Positions 46,549-58,229 of a stretch of DNA of 64,000 bases are shown here, piece after piece (the first letter of the stretch is position 1; the number at the start of each line of letters is the position of its first letter). The stretch covers positions 7,895,539 to 7,959,538 of the forward strand of contig OZ316896.1 in NCBI GenBank assembly GCA_973895155.1. Direction: 5' to 3'. Both the position numbers and the translations under genes were made by a program. The stretch is from Marsupella aquatica. Its lineage: Eukaryota > Plantae > Marchantiophyta. The notes under the pieces are model-generated. The model worked only from the letters and a program-made list of their open reading frames with translations, did no database searches and was not told the DNA's origin.

Positions 46549-49236
46549 CTAAAAAGGTGTGTTGCGTCCCTTCTTCTTCTTTGGGCGAGAACGAAGGGTG
46601 GGTACATGTCTAGCATCATGAGAGCCCTCCTCCCTCTGGCTGCCCACAACCGTGGCAGCCACCTGCTCACCAGATGGCATGGGTTGGCCTGATGCAGGCC
46701 TAGACCCTGACCCACTAGATGCACCGCTAGGGTGGTCAGGCAAGGTAGATGTCCCACCAACCCCCGACACGGCAGAGTGAAAGGACGCCTTAGCTCCTCC
46801 CGCAGACCTGCTAGAGTGATGGGATGGTGCGCCAACAGATCCTGTGGGTGGCCCATGTCGTGCTGTACTCCCACCAGACTCACGAGATGGTGCGCGCCCT
46901 CTAGATCCACCATCCGGCACGTCGCCACTACCTCGTCGGGAAGGGCCACCTGCACCAGATACTCCTACGCGATCGCCTCGTCCCATGCCATCACCTCTAC
47001 TACCCCCTGAGTGCCTGGGCCCCGCACCCCGTGATGCTCCACAGCGATGGGAGCCCACACCATCAGCAGCATGTGACCCACCCCTCCCTGCTGATGGGGC
47101 AACGGCACCAAATGGGGCAACAACACCCTCGGGGGGGTCACTTCCACGGAAGTGACACATCACGTGCGACGAAGTATAGGCCCATTTAAATGGGTGTGGC
47201 GGAAGACTTCCAAAGTTAGGTGGAAGAACACATAGGGCATGTTTTATTGATTGGTCGACTTTAAAGAACACATAGGCCTATTTAATTGCAAAAAATACTT
47301 TCTATAAAGTTTTTAGGGGTTTTTTAATAAAAAATGACAAAATTTTAAGAAAGAAAGGGCTTTGCAAAAAAATATTTTTCACTTTAAAGTTAGGGGGGTC
47401 AAACCCTAAAACGTCGCACGCGATGTATGACCCTCCATATAGTGACCCCCCCGAGACAACACCTCGGACCTGAGGAGTAGGGGTGACTGTGGGCACCCTC
47501 CCCAACCCTGCCTCAGCATCCTGCTCAGAATCTGAGTCCAGCTCCTCCGACCCAGACCCCTCCTCATCCTGCGCAATAGGGTTTAATTGCAGTTAGAATG
47601 AATGGTCCCGACCATAACTCTAACAAATTCATGACAACCTTAAACATTATATCACCCTAGGGTGAACACTTACCTCTCCCAACTCATCCTCAAGGTGGCG
47701 CTTTAGAGCGCGGGGTCCATCCGTCTTTGCCAAATTCCTCTCCAACGGCGCAATAGGGCGACCATACTCCCGCTCCTGAAATTTAAAGATCCAAACCATA
47801 GAGGCCAGGTTAATATCAAATCTAGTATTAGCGTGCCCTACCCTAAACCAAGCCACCCTACATAGCCCTAATGTAACCTTAAACCATAGTTCACCCTAAC
47901 TTATACTCTACCCTAGTAAAAAATTAACGTTAAGTACGTTCATTCAAAAATTTAAATGTTTTGCCGAGGGGTCCGATTCAGAGTCCGATACAGCCTGCAT
48001 CGGACGTCTATCGGATGCGTAACAAGAAAAATGGCATGACACGGTGTCCGATGCTGCTTCCGATGCAAAACCTATCGGATGAGTATCGGAAAGAACAAGC
48101 CCGAGAGCAAAAATGAGTTTTGCAAAGGGTTTAAACAAAAGACATAAGGCACAAACAACTCATTCTTCGTGCGAGGAGTCAGGTGATCAGGGAGTCGAGG
48201 TGGGGAGGAGAGGGAGGGCACTTACAAACTCAGCCTTCAATCGATTGGAGCCGCCTTGCCCCATCCGGTGAGTGATGGTTGGCCTCCCCTGCACTCTCTC
48301 CAATGCTGCTATGATGTGCCTTGGTGGTTTGGGGAGTCTTGCTACCTGAGCTGCCCATTGTTGCAGGTTCTGTTGAAGGGGGAGGATATCAACATTCTCC
48401 CCAGCCTTTCGCTTCTCCTCTGCCAGCCTAATTTCGTTGTCCCAATGTCTTCTTTTCAGCCAGGCACGGACTGAGAGTTCCTCCTCAAGCCAAGCCGCCC
48501 ACTCATCCGGGGAAACATCGTCTGGACAACCCTCCTCCCTGATCACCTCTGCATCCACTGCCATATCTCCAAGGTACTTTCTGAATTTCTCTCGCTGATG
48601 ATTGCGCATGTCTGAGAGTGATGCTGAAATTCATTTGTTTAGGAACCTGTCATCAATGTAGGCCCCGTTCCTGAACCGTTCCTTCACCTGCTCTCTGATT
48701 CTCAATCTCTCTTCCTCCTTCTTCTTGCCCCAGTAATCCAGTGGCCCCAAATTGGCCCTCAGCACCTGCTTGAATTGGCTTCGGAATAGATGGTAGCTCT
48801 TAGGCAATGGACCACCACCCGAATTGAGAGCTAGCTCAGGCCTGAGAGCTCTCTCTGCCTCCTTTCGCCTCTGCTCCTCCAATCGCACCTTCTCAATTGC
48901 CCTAGCTTCTTTTCGAAGCTTTTTCTCTCGTTTTCTTGGAGACAGTGTCTCCTCTACATCCCCCTTGCCTCTCTTTGCCTCTTTCTTCCTCTTCTTTGCC
49001 TCCTTCTCACTTGCAATGCTTGCAGCAGCAGTCTTCTCTGCCTCACGCCGAGAGGCATCAATCAGCGTTTGGAGGAGTGGGACTACTCTCTTTGCGTCCT
49101 CCACACTCAGCCCTGCCTTGGCCACAAAAATGTCCCTCATAACTTCATTGTATGGCTGGGACGGTCCCCCTTGCTCTCCACCACCACCTGATCCCCCTTC
49201 GTCTCCCCCACCACCTGATCCCCCGCCCCCCTCCAT
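46549..49236 (-). pseudogene. CACTA-C second gene, TnpA/Transposase_24-like; exon 1 49236-48226, then two further exons
   Basis: QVKERFRNG, HRMGQGGSNRLKAEF + GTAAGT donor, C-terminus KKKKGRNTPF. TGA at 48631; MITE in the last exon. Confidence 0.7.
47128..47455 (+). mobile_element. MITE family 2, diverged subfamily
   Basis: TIR CTCGGGGGGGTCACT...AGTGACCCCCCCGAG; 8-bp TSD ACAACACC; shares ATCACGTGCGACGAAG and AAAACGTCGCA with the other copies. Confidence 0.92.
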
Positions 49237-49898
49237 CTCTCCTCCTCCTTCAAGCTCTCCTCCTTGATCCAGCTTCAAAAAATTTGAAAAACACCAAGTG
49301 CAAAACGGGGCCCGACGCGCGGGTCTTCGCACCTGCATCGGTTCTTTTTTCCGAAACAAAACCTGCTGCTTCCGATTCTTTCTATTTCGGACTTTGCGAA
49401 ACCAAAGGTATCGGACACGCAATCGGACTTTCCGAAACTATGTGCTTCGGACCCCTCGTCCTTTTCTTGTGGCCGTGTATTTACCAAGTGTGGCCCGTTT
49501 CCTATTGCATCGGACCCCTCATGAATTTATATCGGATACCTCTTGGCTTTCCCAAAGGGGGTCCAATATAATGTTTTGAATTTGGGTTGGGTATAATGGG
49601 ATTGGAGGGTTTAGAGTATAATTTAGGATATTTAGGTTTTGTATGGGGTAAGGGCACATGGTTGGAGTTATTATTTGCTTTCATATTTGAATCCGCGTTT
49701 TGTAGGGCTCTACATATGTGAACGGGATAGTGAACGTGTCATGCATGTAGAGGGACCTCTTGCAAGTTTCTTTGTTGCGGAGAACAAATTTTGGGGTTTG
49801 TACCGGACTATGTAATTTTTTTGATAAGCTATGGTCTTGCATGCTTAATATATTGGGCTCTAATTAATGATGCAATTGTGTATAGAGTCTTGGTGTTT

Positions 49899-50608
49899 TA
49901 GGGGTGGTTGTGGTGATGGGAACTCAATACTATGATATGTAATATAGGATCAAGAAAATACTACAAGAAGTTTTTGTATGAACCATTTTCGGGTGAAAGC
50001 CTTTTGTTTCATTTCTTTATAGGGGATTATGGGTGTACGTAGAGGTTTTATTAGTATAACATTATACCTTTTGATAGGATAATATTAAACCCCTTCATTA
50101 GGCTAATCTTTGTGTTTGGATTTGATGTGTAGTACCTTGCTTTTGGAGGGGTGGTTAACTTTTTTTGAGGGGGTAGGGAGGTTTCGATTTTGGACAATGC
50201 ACTATGCATGAAACCGTGCATCCAGGAGGTATGATGTCCTCTTGCAAGTTCCTTGCAAGTTTAGGGATGGTTGTGGTGATGGGAACTCAATACTATGATA
50301 TATGATAGACAAAATACTACAAGAAGTTTTTGTACGAACCATTTCTTGGTGAAAGCTATTTGGATCATTTCTTTGGAGGGGTTTATGGGCTTAGGGTTAT
50401 GGGGTTTTACTAGGATAAGGTTACACCTTTTCTTAGGATAAGGTTCAACCTCCATATATTAGCTAGGCTAATGGTTGTGTTGGATTTGATGCACAGTACC
50501 TTGCGTTTGGAGGGGTGGTTCAATGTTTGTGAGGGGGTAGATAGGTTTTGTTTTGGACAATGCACTATGCATAGTGTGAGACCGCGCATCTAGGAGGTAT
50601 GATGTCCC
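49899..50608. repeat. ~360-bp diverged tandem duplication in the CACTA-C intergenic spacer
   Basis: GGTTGTGGTGATGGGAACTCAATACTATGATAT ... GGAGGTATGATGTCC occurs twice (from ~49900 and ~50262). Confidence 0.8.
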
Positions 50609-50925
50609 CGCTTCACGAGCCGCATCATTTACACTTAATTTGTATGTTGGAATTTTTTTATATGTGGTGTGTTCTTCCTACACTCTTTCGCACTTACAGA
50701 TTATGTATGCTCATTAGCAAAATGCTCACCCATATATGCAGAGATTTTGGATGTCCCACACCTTGTGTGTAGAAAATACGACACAGTAAGCTGGCAAAGC
50801 GCGGGTATCATTGAGGTACAACAGGACTTTTGTATCTCATGCATTAATTATTCTATTTTGATACTCCAACACTTGTCTTCTTTTATGCAGCTTACATGAA
50901 TTCAGAGTGTACTTCATGCATGCAG

Positions 50926-51160
50926 ATGTCTACTTCTGATAGTTCCACGTCAGATTCAGACTCAGACACAAGCTCGTCTGAGGGGGAGGTTCCTCCACCC
51001 CCTCCTCCAGATCGTCCTCGTGCTCCACTAGGACCCATACCTTGCTGGTGTGTGAGATGTAAGGGACTTGTGGTTCGACATGCGTGGGAGACTGTCTTGT
51101 GAGCACATCGAGAACTATGGCCGCCACGAGGGTGATATGCCAGGGTATTTGCCTAGCCAG
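50926..51160 (+). pseudogene. CACTA-C exon 1: Zn-ribbon (Transpos_assoc-like), frameshifted near 51095
   Basis: MSTSDSS..PCWCVRCKG...(fs)CEHIENYGRH..SQ followed by a phase-0 GTATAT donor. Confidence 0.72.
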
Positions 51161-51298
51161 GTATATATATGTTTATGTCCCCTATTCATTCCATATATGC
51201 ATTCCAATTTAGGGTATTGCTTAATTATCTTGCATTTACATCCTGGCACTACTTAATTTATTGATTTGTGTAAAACCATTGTACGTGTGTTGAAATAG

Positions 51299-52560
51299 GT
51301 GCCTCGTAGGCCCCCACCTCCTTTGGTTCCTGAAGCTGTGTGGTTGGAAGGGTTTCTAGCAAGGGCCAGGGAGTTGCTTGCAGTTCCTCCTGCCCAGATG
51401 CCTCTTAGCCCACCTGCTCCTATCCCCACTCCCGTGCCCACACATGAGCATGTAGAGGGGGAACCGGTCTCTCGGCCCGAGGTTGTGACTACTAGAGTCC
51501 TACGTACACGACCACGATCTGGTAGACGTAGACGGCAGTATGGACCACTGGACCAGGTAGACAGACGAGAGGAGGTGTTAGGTACTAGTGATCGACCAGC
51601 CGGTAACGTAGATTATATTTGCGTTGAGGGCAGGTTTGGACTATCCTATCTCACTGGTAGGGCTGCCGAAGTTTTGAAGGACTTTTCTCCAAGTCTCTTC
51701 AAATTTCCAGATTTTATTCCTACAGATGAACCAGTTCAGATATGGGGTCGCCCTTGGATAGTGAAGGCATCCTCTATTGGTCATGATATAGGATATGGTC
51801 TTTTTGCTTTGGAGGATATTGTGGTCCCTCCAAAGCCATGGAGACGTGGTTATGATGGAGAGCACCTCTTTCCTTACATTGGGGCTGTATATAACTCCAA
51901 GAGTTGGAATATTTTGTTGCGTCAACACCCAAGTTGGGGGGTGTATGCATTGAGGATGGACTCAGACCCGGATGAGGTCTTCACTAGGCCGTGGCATTGC
52001 CGGATGATTGATGGTGACCCTATTCGGAACGGTAATTTAGCAGGGTACATCAATAGTACCACAGGTAGAGATAGAGGTTTGGAGGCTAATGTAGAGTGGA
52101 TTCAAATGTTTGGTCCATCTAGACATCCATATTTTGTGAAACATATGGACGACCATATCATGACAGTAGTTGTTAGGACCATTAGAGCCTCGGGGGTTTT
52201 ACTTCCACAAAAATGACATATCACGTGCGACGAAGGATAGGGTCATTTTATTGGTTGTAAGGGAAGACTTAAGAATTTTTGTAGAAGAACAATAGGGTCT
52301 TTTAAATTCAATTTTGAGACTTATAAGAACATTAGGGCCTTTTTAATCCAATTTTTGGAATATTCCAAGAATATTCCAACTTTATAGGGGTTAATTTTTT
52401 TTTTTTAAATCTTACATTTTAGGGGGTCCAAGGCCTAAAAACGTCGCAGGTGATGGGGAGGTCCCCATGTAGTGAGACCCCCGAGATTAGAGCTGGTGAG
52501 GAGTTATTGTGTGAGTATGAGTGGGATGCACCAAAATTGTCCTTGCGTTGTCGTCCATGA
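51299..52560 (+). pseudogene. SET-domain exon of CACTA-C, interrupted by a MITE
   Basis: IGYGLFALEDI, FPYIG, IDGDPIRNGNLAGYINST, NVEW. Removing the MITE and one TSD restores VRTIRAGEELLCEYEWDAPKLSLRCRP*. Confidence 0.9.
52189..52485 (+). mobile_element. MITE family 2, copy 3
   Basis: Same TIR; 8-bp TSD ATTAGAGC. Confidence 0.95.
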
Positions 52561-52681
52561 TAGTTTCTTGGACTTACATACATGTATATATATGTCAATT
52601 TATTTTACATGTTTACATGAGAATGATGTTGTTCAGCAGTGCATGTGTTGATGAGATTAATTAATTGATGTTGTATGATAG

Positions 52682-55600
52682 AATCAATATGTAACGCCTG
52701 ATATTGGGGTAATATCACGAGCTATGCGACAACACCTTGTTGAGGCCATGGTGGCCAACCGTGGGCATGAACCACAAAGGCAAGAGGATGGGGTACGACA
52801 TGATGGTGATGATCCTATCCAAGACCATCTTGATGAGGAGAGGGCCATGGATGAGCTCATGGACCAATTCTATGATGATCACGATGACATTGGTTTGGAG
52901 GACATTGGTTCAACCCATGAAAGGACTAGTCATCCACATCCTTCTAGGGGGTCCCAAGACAAGCAATGGGAGGAGGCGCAACGTCATGCCCGTACTCGCA
53001 TATTCGAGGGGAGTAGGTTATCTCGGCTCTCATCAATAATGTTGTTGCTCAACTTGCAGCAAAGACATGGGGCAAGCAATCTACTTTTGGATGATGTTTT
53101 CCGTACCTTGCATGATCGTATTTTGCCAGTAGGCAATGCATTGCCAGCCTCTTGGAAAGAGGCTAAACAGGTGTTGAGGTCCATTGGCCTGAAGTATGAG
53201 GTGATACATGCATGTGTGGATGATTGCATTCTTTTTAGGGGTGAGCATGAAAATGCCACTACATGTCCTAAATGTCAGAGGCCACGGTACCGTGATGACA
53301 TGTTGACGGGGAAGGTACCGCAAAAGGTTATGAGGTACTTTCCTCTTATCCCTCGATTGCGACATCAATTCCGATGTGCAGAGTTGGCTGAGATGATGGT
53401 ATGGCACTCACAAAATCGTTCTGATATGGCTGTACCCTCTAGTGCCATGCGGATGATGGTTGACTCTCCTGCCAATCGATTTGTAGAGGATAGATGGGGA
53501 GAGTTCAAAATTGACCCACGACATGTTCGACTAGGCTTGGCAGCAGACGGTATCAGCCCTTTTGCTTTGACAGGAAAAGCCAAACCATATTCGGTGTGGC
53601 CAGTAGTGTTGACAAACTACAACATCCCTCCTTGGATGGCCATGAAGAAAGGTCACCTACTACTCTCCATGATTATTCCGGGTCCTAAGCAAGTTAAAAA
53701 GATTGATGTGTACTTGCAGCCATTGATTGATGAGTTGATACAACTGTGGAGAGGAGTGGATTGTTATGATGGACGTCACAACACAGGAGGTTTATCCTGC
53801 GTATTTACTCTAAAGGCCATCCTTATGTGGACCATGCATGATTTACCAGGTATGGTAAACCCTTATTTCCTCTAGTACCTAAACCTTGTATTTAATTGCA
53901 ATTATGCAGATTTTTGCCTTGATGAACCTTATTTTATGAATGTGTTTTCTATGCATTGGGCAGGGTTTGGATATGTTTCTGGATTGCAAACATCAGGCTA
54001 TCGAGCTTGCTCTACATGTGGACCCGATTTGGAGGGGGTGGCCAGGCCCAAGTCAAGTACTCTGCAAAAAATTGTTTACATTGGTCATACTAAATATCTT
54101 CCACCAGACCATGGAGGAGTGATCCATTCCTTTATGATACTGATGAGGGCCAACCTGATATTCGTCCTCAACCTCAGCGGAAGGATCCAGCATATTGGAG
54201 AGAGGTATGGGGGAGAGTTCAGGATCCGAGTGATCCATTACCATTATTCAGATGTGGCATGACCCGTTTGTCTGCATTGTCACAATTGCCATATTGGTCA
54301 GATATGCCCATTAATCACTTGTTAGACCCTATGCACATTGAGGGGAATGTGGGGAAATCATTGATTCGCCATCTATATGGGGAGAAAAATAACAATTGGA
54401 GAGAAAGTTGTGAGGAGATGGGGATGCATGGTCTTTTGGGTTTTTGGCCATCTTTGGACCCCCCTGGTGCTCCCCCTAGCATCCATCCTCCTTGGGTTTT
54501 GACAAGGGTAGAGCGCATTGAGTTTCGCAGACGTATTGGGTTGATGAGGTTTCCCACAGGTTATGGTACCAATCTTCGGAAGGCATTTGGGGGGGAGGAT
54601 TCTCCAAAATGGCCATCTTTCTTGAAGACACATGATTATCATCGGTTGCTTGAACATGTTCTTCCAGTTGCTATTATTGGATTGGGTAGTGAGGAACTTC
54701 GTGATGCCCTTTGGTCATTGGGTAAGCTCTTAAGATGGGTATGTCAAAAGGAGGTACAGGAGTCCGATGACATTGCTGCTATGGAGATATTTGGAGTAGA
54801 GGTTGTCTGCAAGTTGGAGAAGGCACTCCCTCCCTCATTCTTTGATGGTCAGGTTCATTTCCTCATACATTTAGTGCGCGAGGTTGCAATTGCAGGCCCA
54901 GTACATTGTCGATGGATGTATTGGGTAGAGCGTTATATGGGGGTGATGAAGTCATATGTCTTTAATCGCGCTAGGGTGGAAGGTAGCATTGCGGAGCGTC
55001 ATCTTGGAGCAGAGAGTATGTTTTACTGTACAAACATAGTTGCCACACTAGATCCTAGTGCTCCTAGGGGATGGATAGATGAGGCAGCACGAGAGGCTGA
55101 CTACGAGGATGATAGACTCACTGGGGCATCTGGAGAGCGTCTCATAGGCTCAGCAGAGCGTTTACAGCTCACAACATTTATGTTGTATAACTCACCCGAG
55201 GTTGTCGGGGAGTGGACAACATTTTATGAGGAGGAGAAGCAAAATAGTCGACGCCCACGGTTATTTCCCAAGTTTCACCCATACATGAAGGAGAAGTTGT
55301 TAGAAGTGGATGCCCTGGTGGGTACCGGGGAGAGTGTATTACACTACCCAAACGTGACAGATAAACTTTGTACCTTGGTTCATGGTCCACTACTTATAGT
55401 CACGACTCGGACTGCCATGTGGTCAAAGGGGAGACATTTTCGTGTGGAACGACTTGATGAGAAGAGGGCAGCTACACAGGATTGTGGGGTGATGGGTTGG
55501 TTCACCCAAGATTCCCAGAGTAGCATGTCAGACATGAATCCCATTCGCTCCACCGTGGCCCATTATGGGAAGATTGAGGAGATCCTAACAGTGAAGTACC

Positions 55601-55923
55601 ATGCACATACTACTTTGGAGGAAGTGGTATTCAAGTGCAAATGGTTCAAGATGAATCTTGTAGGCCACAATCGTACTTGTGAAGATGATGCATGCGGTTT
55701 TACTCGTTTGAAGACATCCGCAAATAGTGTCATCAGTTCCAACTGGAGGTCCTCAGATCCCTTTGCCTTCCCACATCACCTTGAGCAATGCTTTTACCTA
55801 CCCTATCCCAATGACCCCGAGTGGTCCATTGTCATGCCGTATATTCCCAGATCACGGTCCATAGTCCAAGAGAGACCCAACGTAGTTGTAGTGGAAGATA
55901 GAGACATACCCCCCACGAGTTAG
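52682..55923 (+). pseudogene. CACTA-C Tnp2/TnpD transposase; exons 52682-53849 and 53964-55923; one frameshift near 54115
   Basis: YEVIHACVDDCILF, RHVRLGLAADGISPF, YSVWPVVLTNYNIPPW, WTMHDLPG, DPMHIEGNV, RWMYWVERYM; 554-aa open 3' part. Confidence 0.96.
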
Positions 55924-57606
55924 TATAAATTGTAGACCCCACCATCTTCATGTATATTTTTACCGGCACTATCTTTTTATCGGCATTCTACGATTTTTCT
56001 CATTGTCCACAATTTCATGTAGTATACATATCTATTGATTAAAGTATGCCCCATATCTGAATCCATTAATTCCATGCAACCTATACATTGTAAAACACTA
56101 AAGTCCCATATGTCCCATTCAAATACCATCGGAAACATATCGGACACACATCAGTACTGCCAAAGCCAAAAACCCCTTCCCATCCTCAAAGTATCGGATT
56201 TTCCGATACTATAAGAATCGGAAGCCACTATCCGATACTCCACAGATCGAACACTTAAGCCCGAGGCCGAGGAGGGGTCCGATAGAAATTTCAACGGATA
56301 ATAACCGATACCTAAGCCTTCGCAAATGATTTCCGTTGTAACTAGTATCGCAAAAATAAGTCCGATAACACTTGTATCGGTAAATGTCCGAAAGCAAACC
56401 TATCGGAATTAGCTTTCGAGACTATTCTTATCGGACGTCTGAAAAACATGTCGGCTCTCAATTTGCGATACAGGATGTTTCGGACATTGTCCGATATGAT
56501 GGGGATTGGATAAGGTTTTCGATACAAAAACTATCGGATAGTAATATCCGATTTTGGTAGTATCGGAAGTTCCGTAGCTGAGAGTATCGGAACGTTTCCG
56601 TTGTGTTTAGTATCGGGCGCGTTGAGAAACGCGTGTTTTTAGTATCGGAAAAGTGCCTAAAATGTACTAGTGTATATATATATATATATATATACACTTT
56701 GGTCCAAGCCTAGACTATTACGCATGTCATACTTCTCGGTTATTATATATATAAAGCATTTCTATATTTCCATTTGACGGTTTAATTTGAAATGATCTAT
56801 ATGACACATATAGTGATTGATAATTTATGTCTATTTTACACTATACATTTTTAACATAGACATACTTGTTTCTCTCTCCTTCCTTATTTTGCCAATATCA
56901 CCCATAACCACCCTAAACTCCCCCTTTGCATCCTTGAACCTCCCTCCTCCCTCCTCCCTCCAACCATTCTACCTTGGTGTTTTTCTTCATATAAGTCGGT
57001 TCTAAGTTTGCGAGTAATTTGCGAACATGAATTCATCTCAATGGCTTCACAAAATGGCCATGCAATACGTTATAGACTTTTTCCATACTACGCGTTTCCC
57101 TAACTTGCAACATGAATTGCTTCTCAATCTTTCCATTCTAGTTTAATCTCAAAAAACCCATTATAATAATTTCATAATTTATCCATGGCTTTCATATGGT
57201 AACTCTTCCATATTCTCTGTTTTGTAACATCTCTGAAGCTCACACCATCGCAAACGTGTCATTCTTTCACCTTCGTTAAATTAGCGAAGCCATTTTATTC
57301 AGAATTGGTTTGCCATGAAAATGGTTTGGTAACAGTATAAAGCGGAAAGGTTCGGAAGCGCGGAGCGATTGCGGCGCCTTCTTACACAGGTCTCGCATTT
57401 TAGACGTTTCACTTTTTTATACAATGCGATTAGTTTCGCATGCAGTTAGCGAAGCCACCGACATTGAAACCTGGTGTTGCAATGAAATGGGCATCGCAAG
57501 TTGCAAAGCGGGTTGTTTTGCAACCGTTGCAATGTGTTTTGAATGGCAAATCTCTGAGGGGCTAAGAAATAAACTTTGCAAAATGACCAAATATGTAGTA
57601 GTGGTG

Positions 57607-58221
57607 GTAAACCTGATTGGCTCAGCATAATCCGTGACCGCTCCAATAGTGTTTGATTGAGCCTCTCAGCAACACCATTCTGCTGCGGAGTATAAACTAT
57701 GGTGAGATGACGAGTTATCCCTTGTTTTGCATAGTACTCTTCAAATTCTATTGAAGTGTACTTCCCACCGTTGTCTGACCTCAGACTCTTCACCGTGGTA
57801 TCCAAACACTTAACCGTGTTTCCCGTCTGATTCTCCACTTGGGCCTTCCACTTTGTAAAAATGGACAAGACATCAGACTTATGCGTCATAAAATAAATCC
57901 ATATAAATCTCGAGTAATTATCAATAAAGGATACATAGTACAATTTTCCAGAATGTGAGGGAGTCGGGGATGGTTCCCACACGTCACTATGTATGTACTC
58001 AAGAACCGCTTTGGAACGATGAGTTCCAACACCAAAAGCACGACGATGCTGCTTTCCAAAAATGCAATGCTCACAAAAATCCAATTTACAAGAATGCAAT
58101 CAGAAATGAGCCCATTCTTCCGCAAGATAGCCAAACCCTTCTCACTCATGTGGCCTAGCCGTGAATGCCATAGTTGAGTCATTTCCTCATGAGACTTGGT
58201 TACATTGGCCTCTCCACATAT
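57607..58221 (-). pseudogene. Copia GAG-pre-integrase and integrase core
   Basis: LWHSRLGHMSEKGL, CEHCIFGKQHR, LEYIHSDVW, LRSDNGGKY, PQQNGVAERLNQTL; continues the frame broken at 15533. Confidence 0.95.
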
Positions 58222-58229
58222 TGTATCTT

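Larger units (their letters stand above)
45651..56672 (+). mobile_element. CACTA-C, full length (11.0 kb including two MITEs), a distinct family
   Basis: 14-bp TIR CACTAGTACATTTT; 3-bp TSD TAT (45648-45650 / 56673-56675); subterminal repeats are ATCGGA/TCCGAT. Confidence 0.95.
15534..57603 (+). mobile_element. CACTA-A (EnSpm-like), ~10 kb of own sequence expanded to 42 kb by nested insertions
   Basis: Termini CACTACAACAC... and ...ATGTAGTAGTG; 3-bp TSD GTG (15531-15533 / 57604-57606). The Copia integrase rejoins across it (MLSQSGLP|QEFWAEA). TCGCA/TGCGA subterminal repeats at both ends. Confidence 0.93.

Noticed and set aside
57446-57606. Apparent C-terminal extension of the Copia integrase ORF
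   Set aside because: This is read-through into the CACTA-A terminus; the real frame resumes at 15533.
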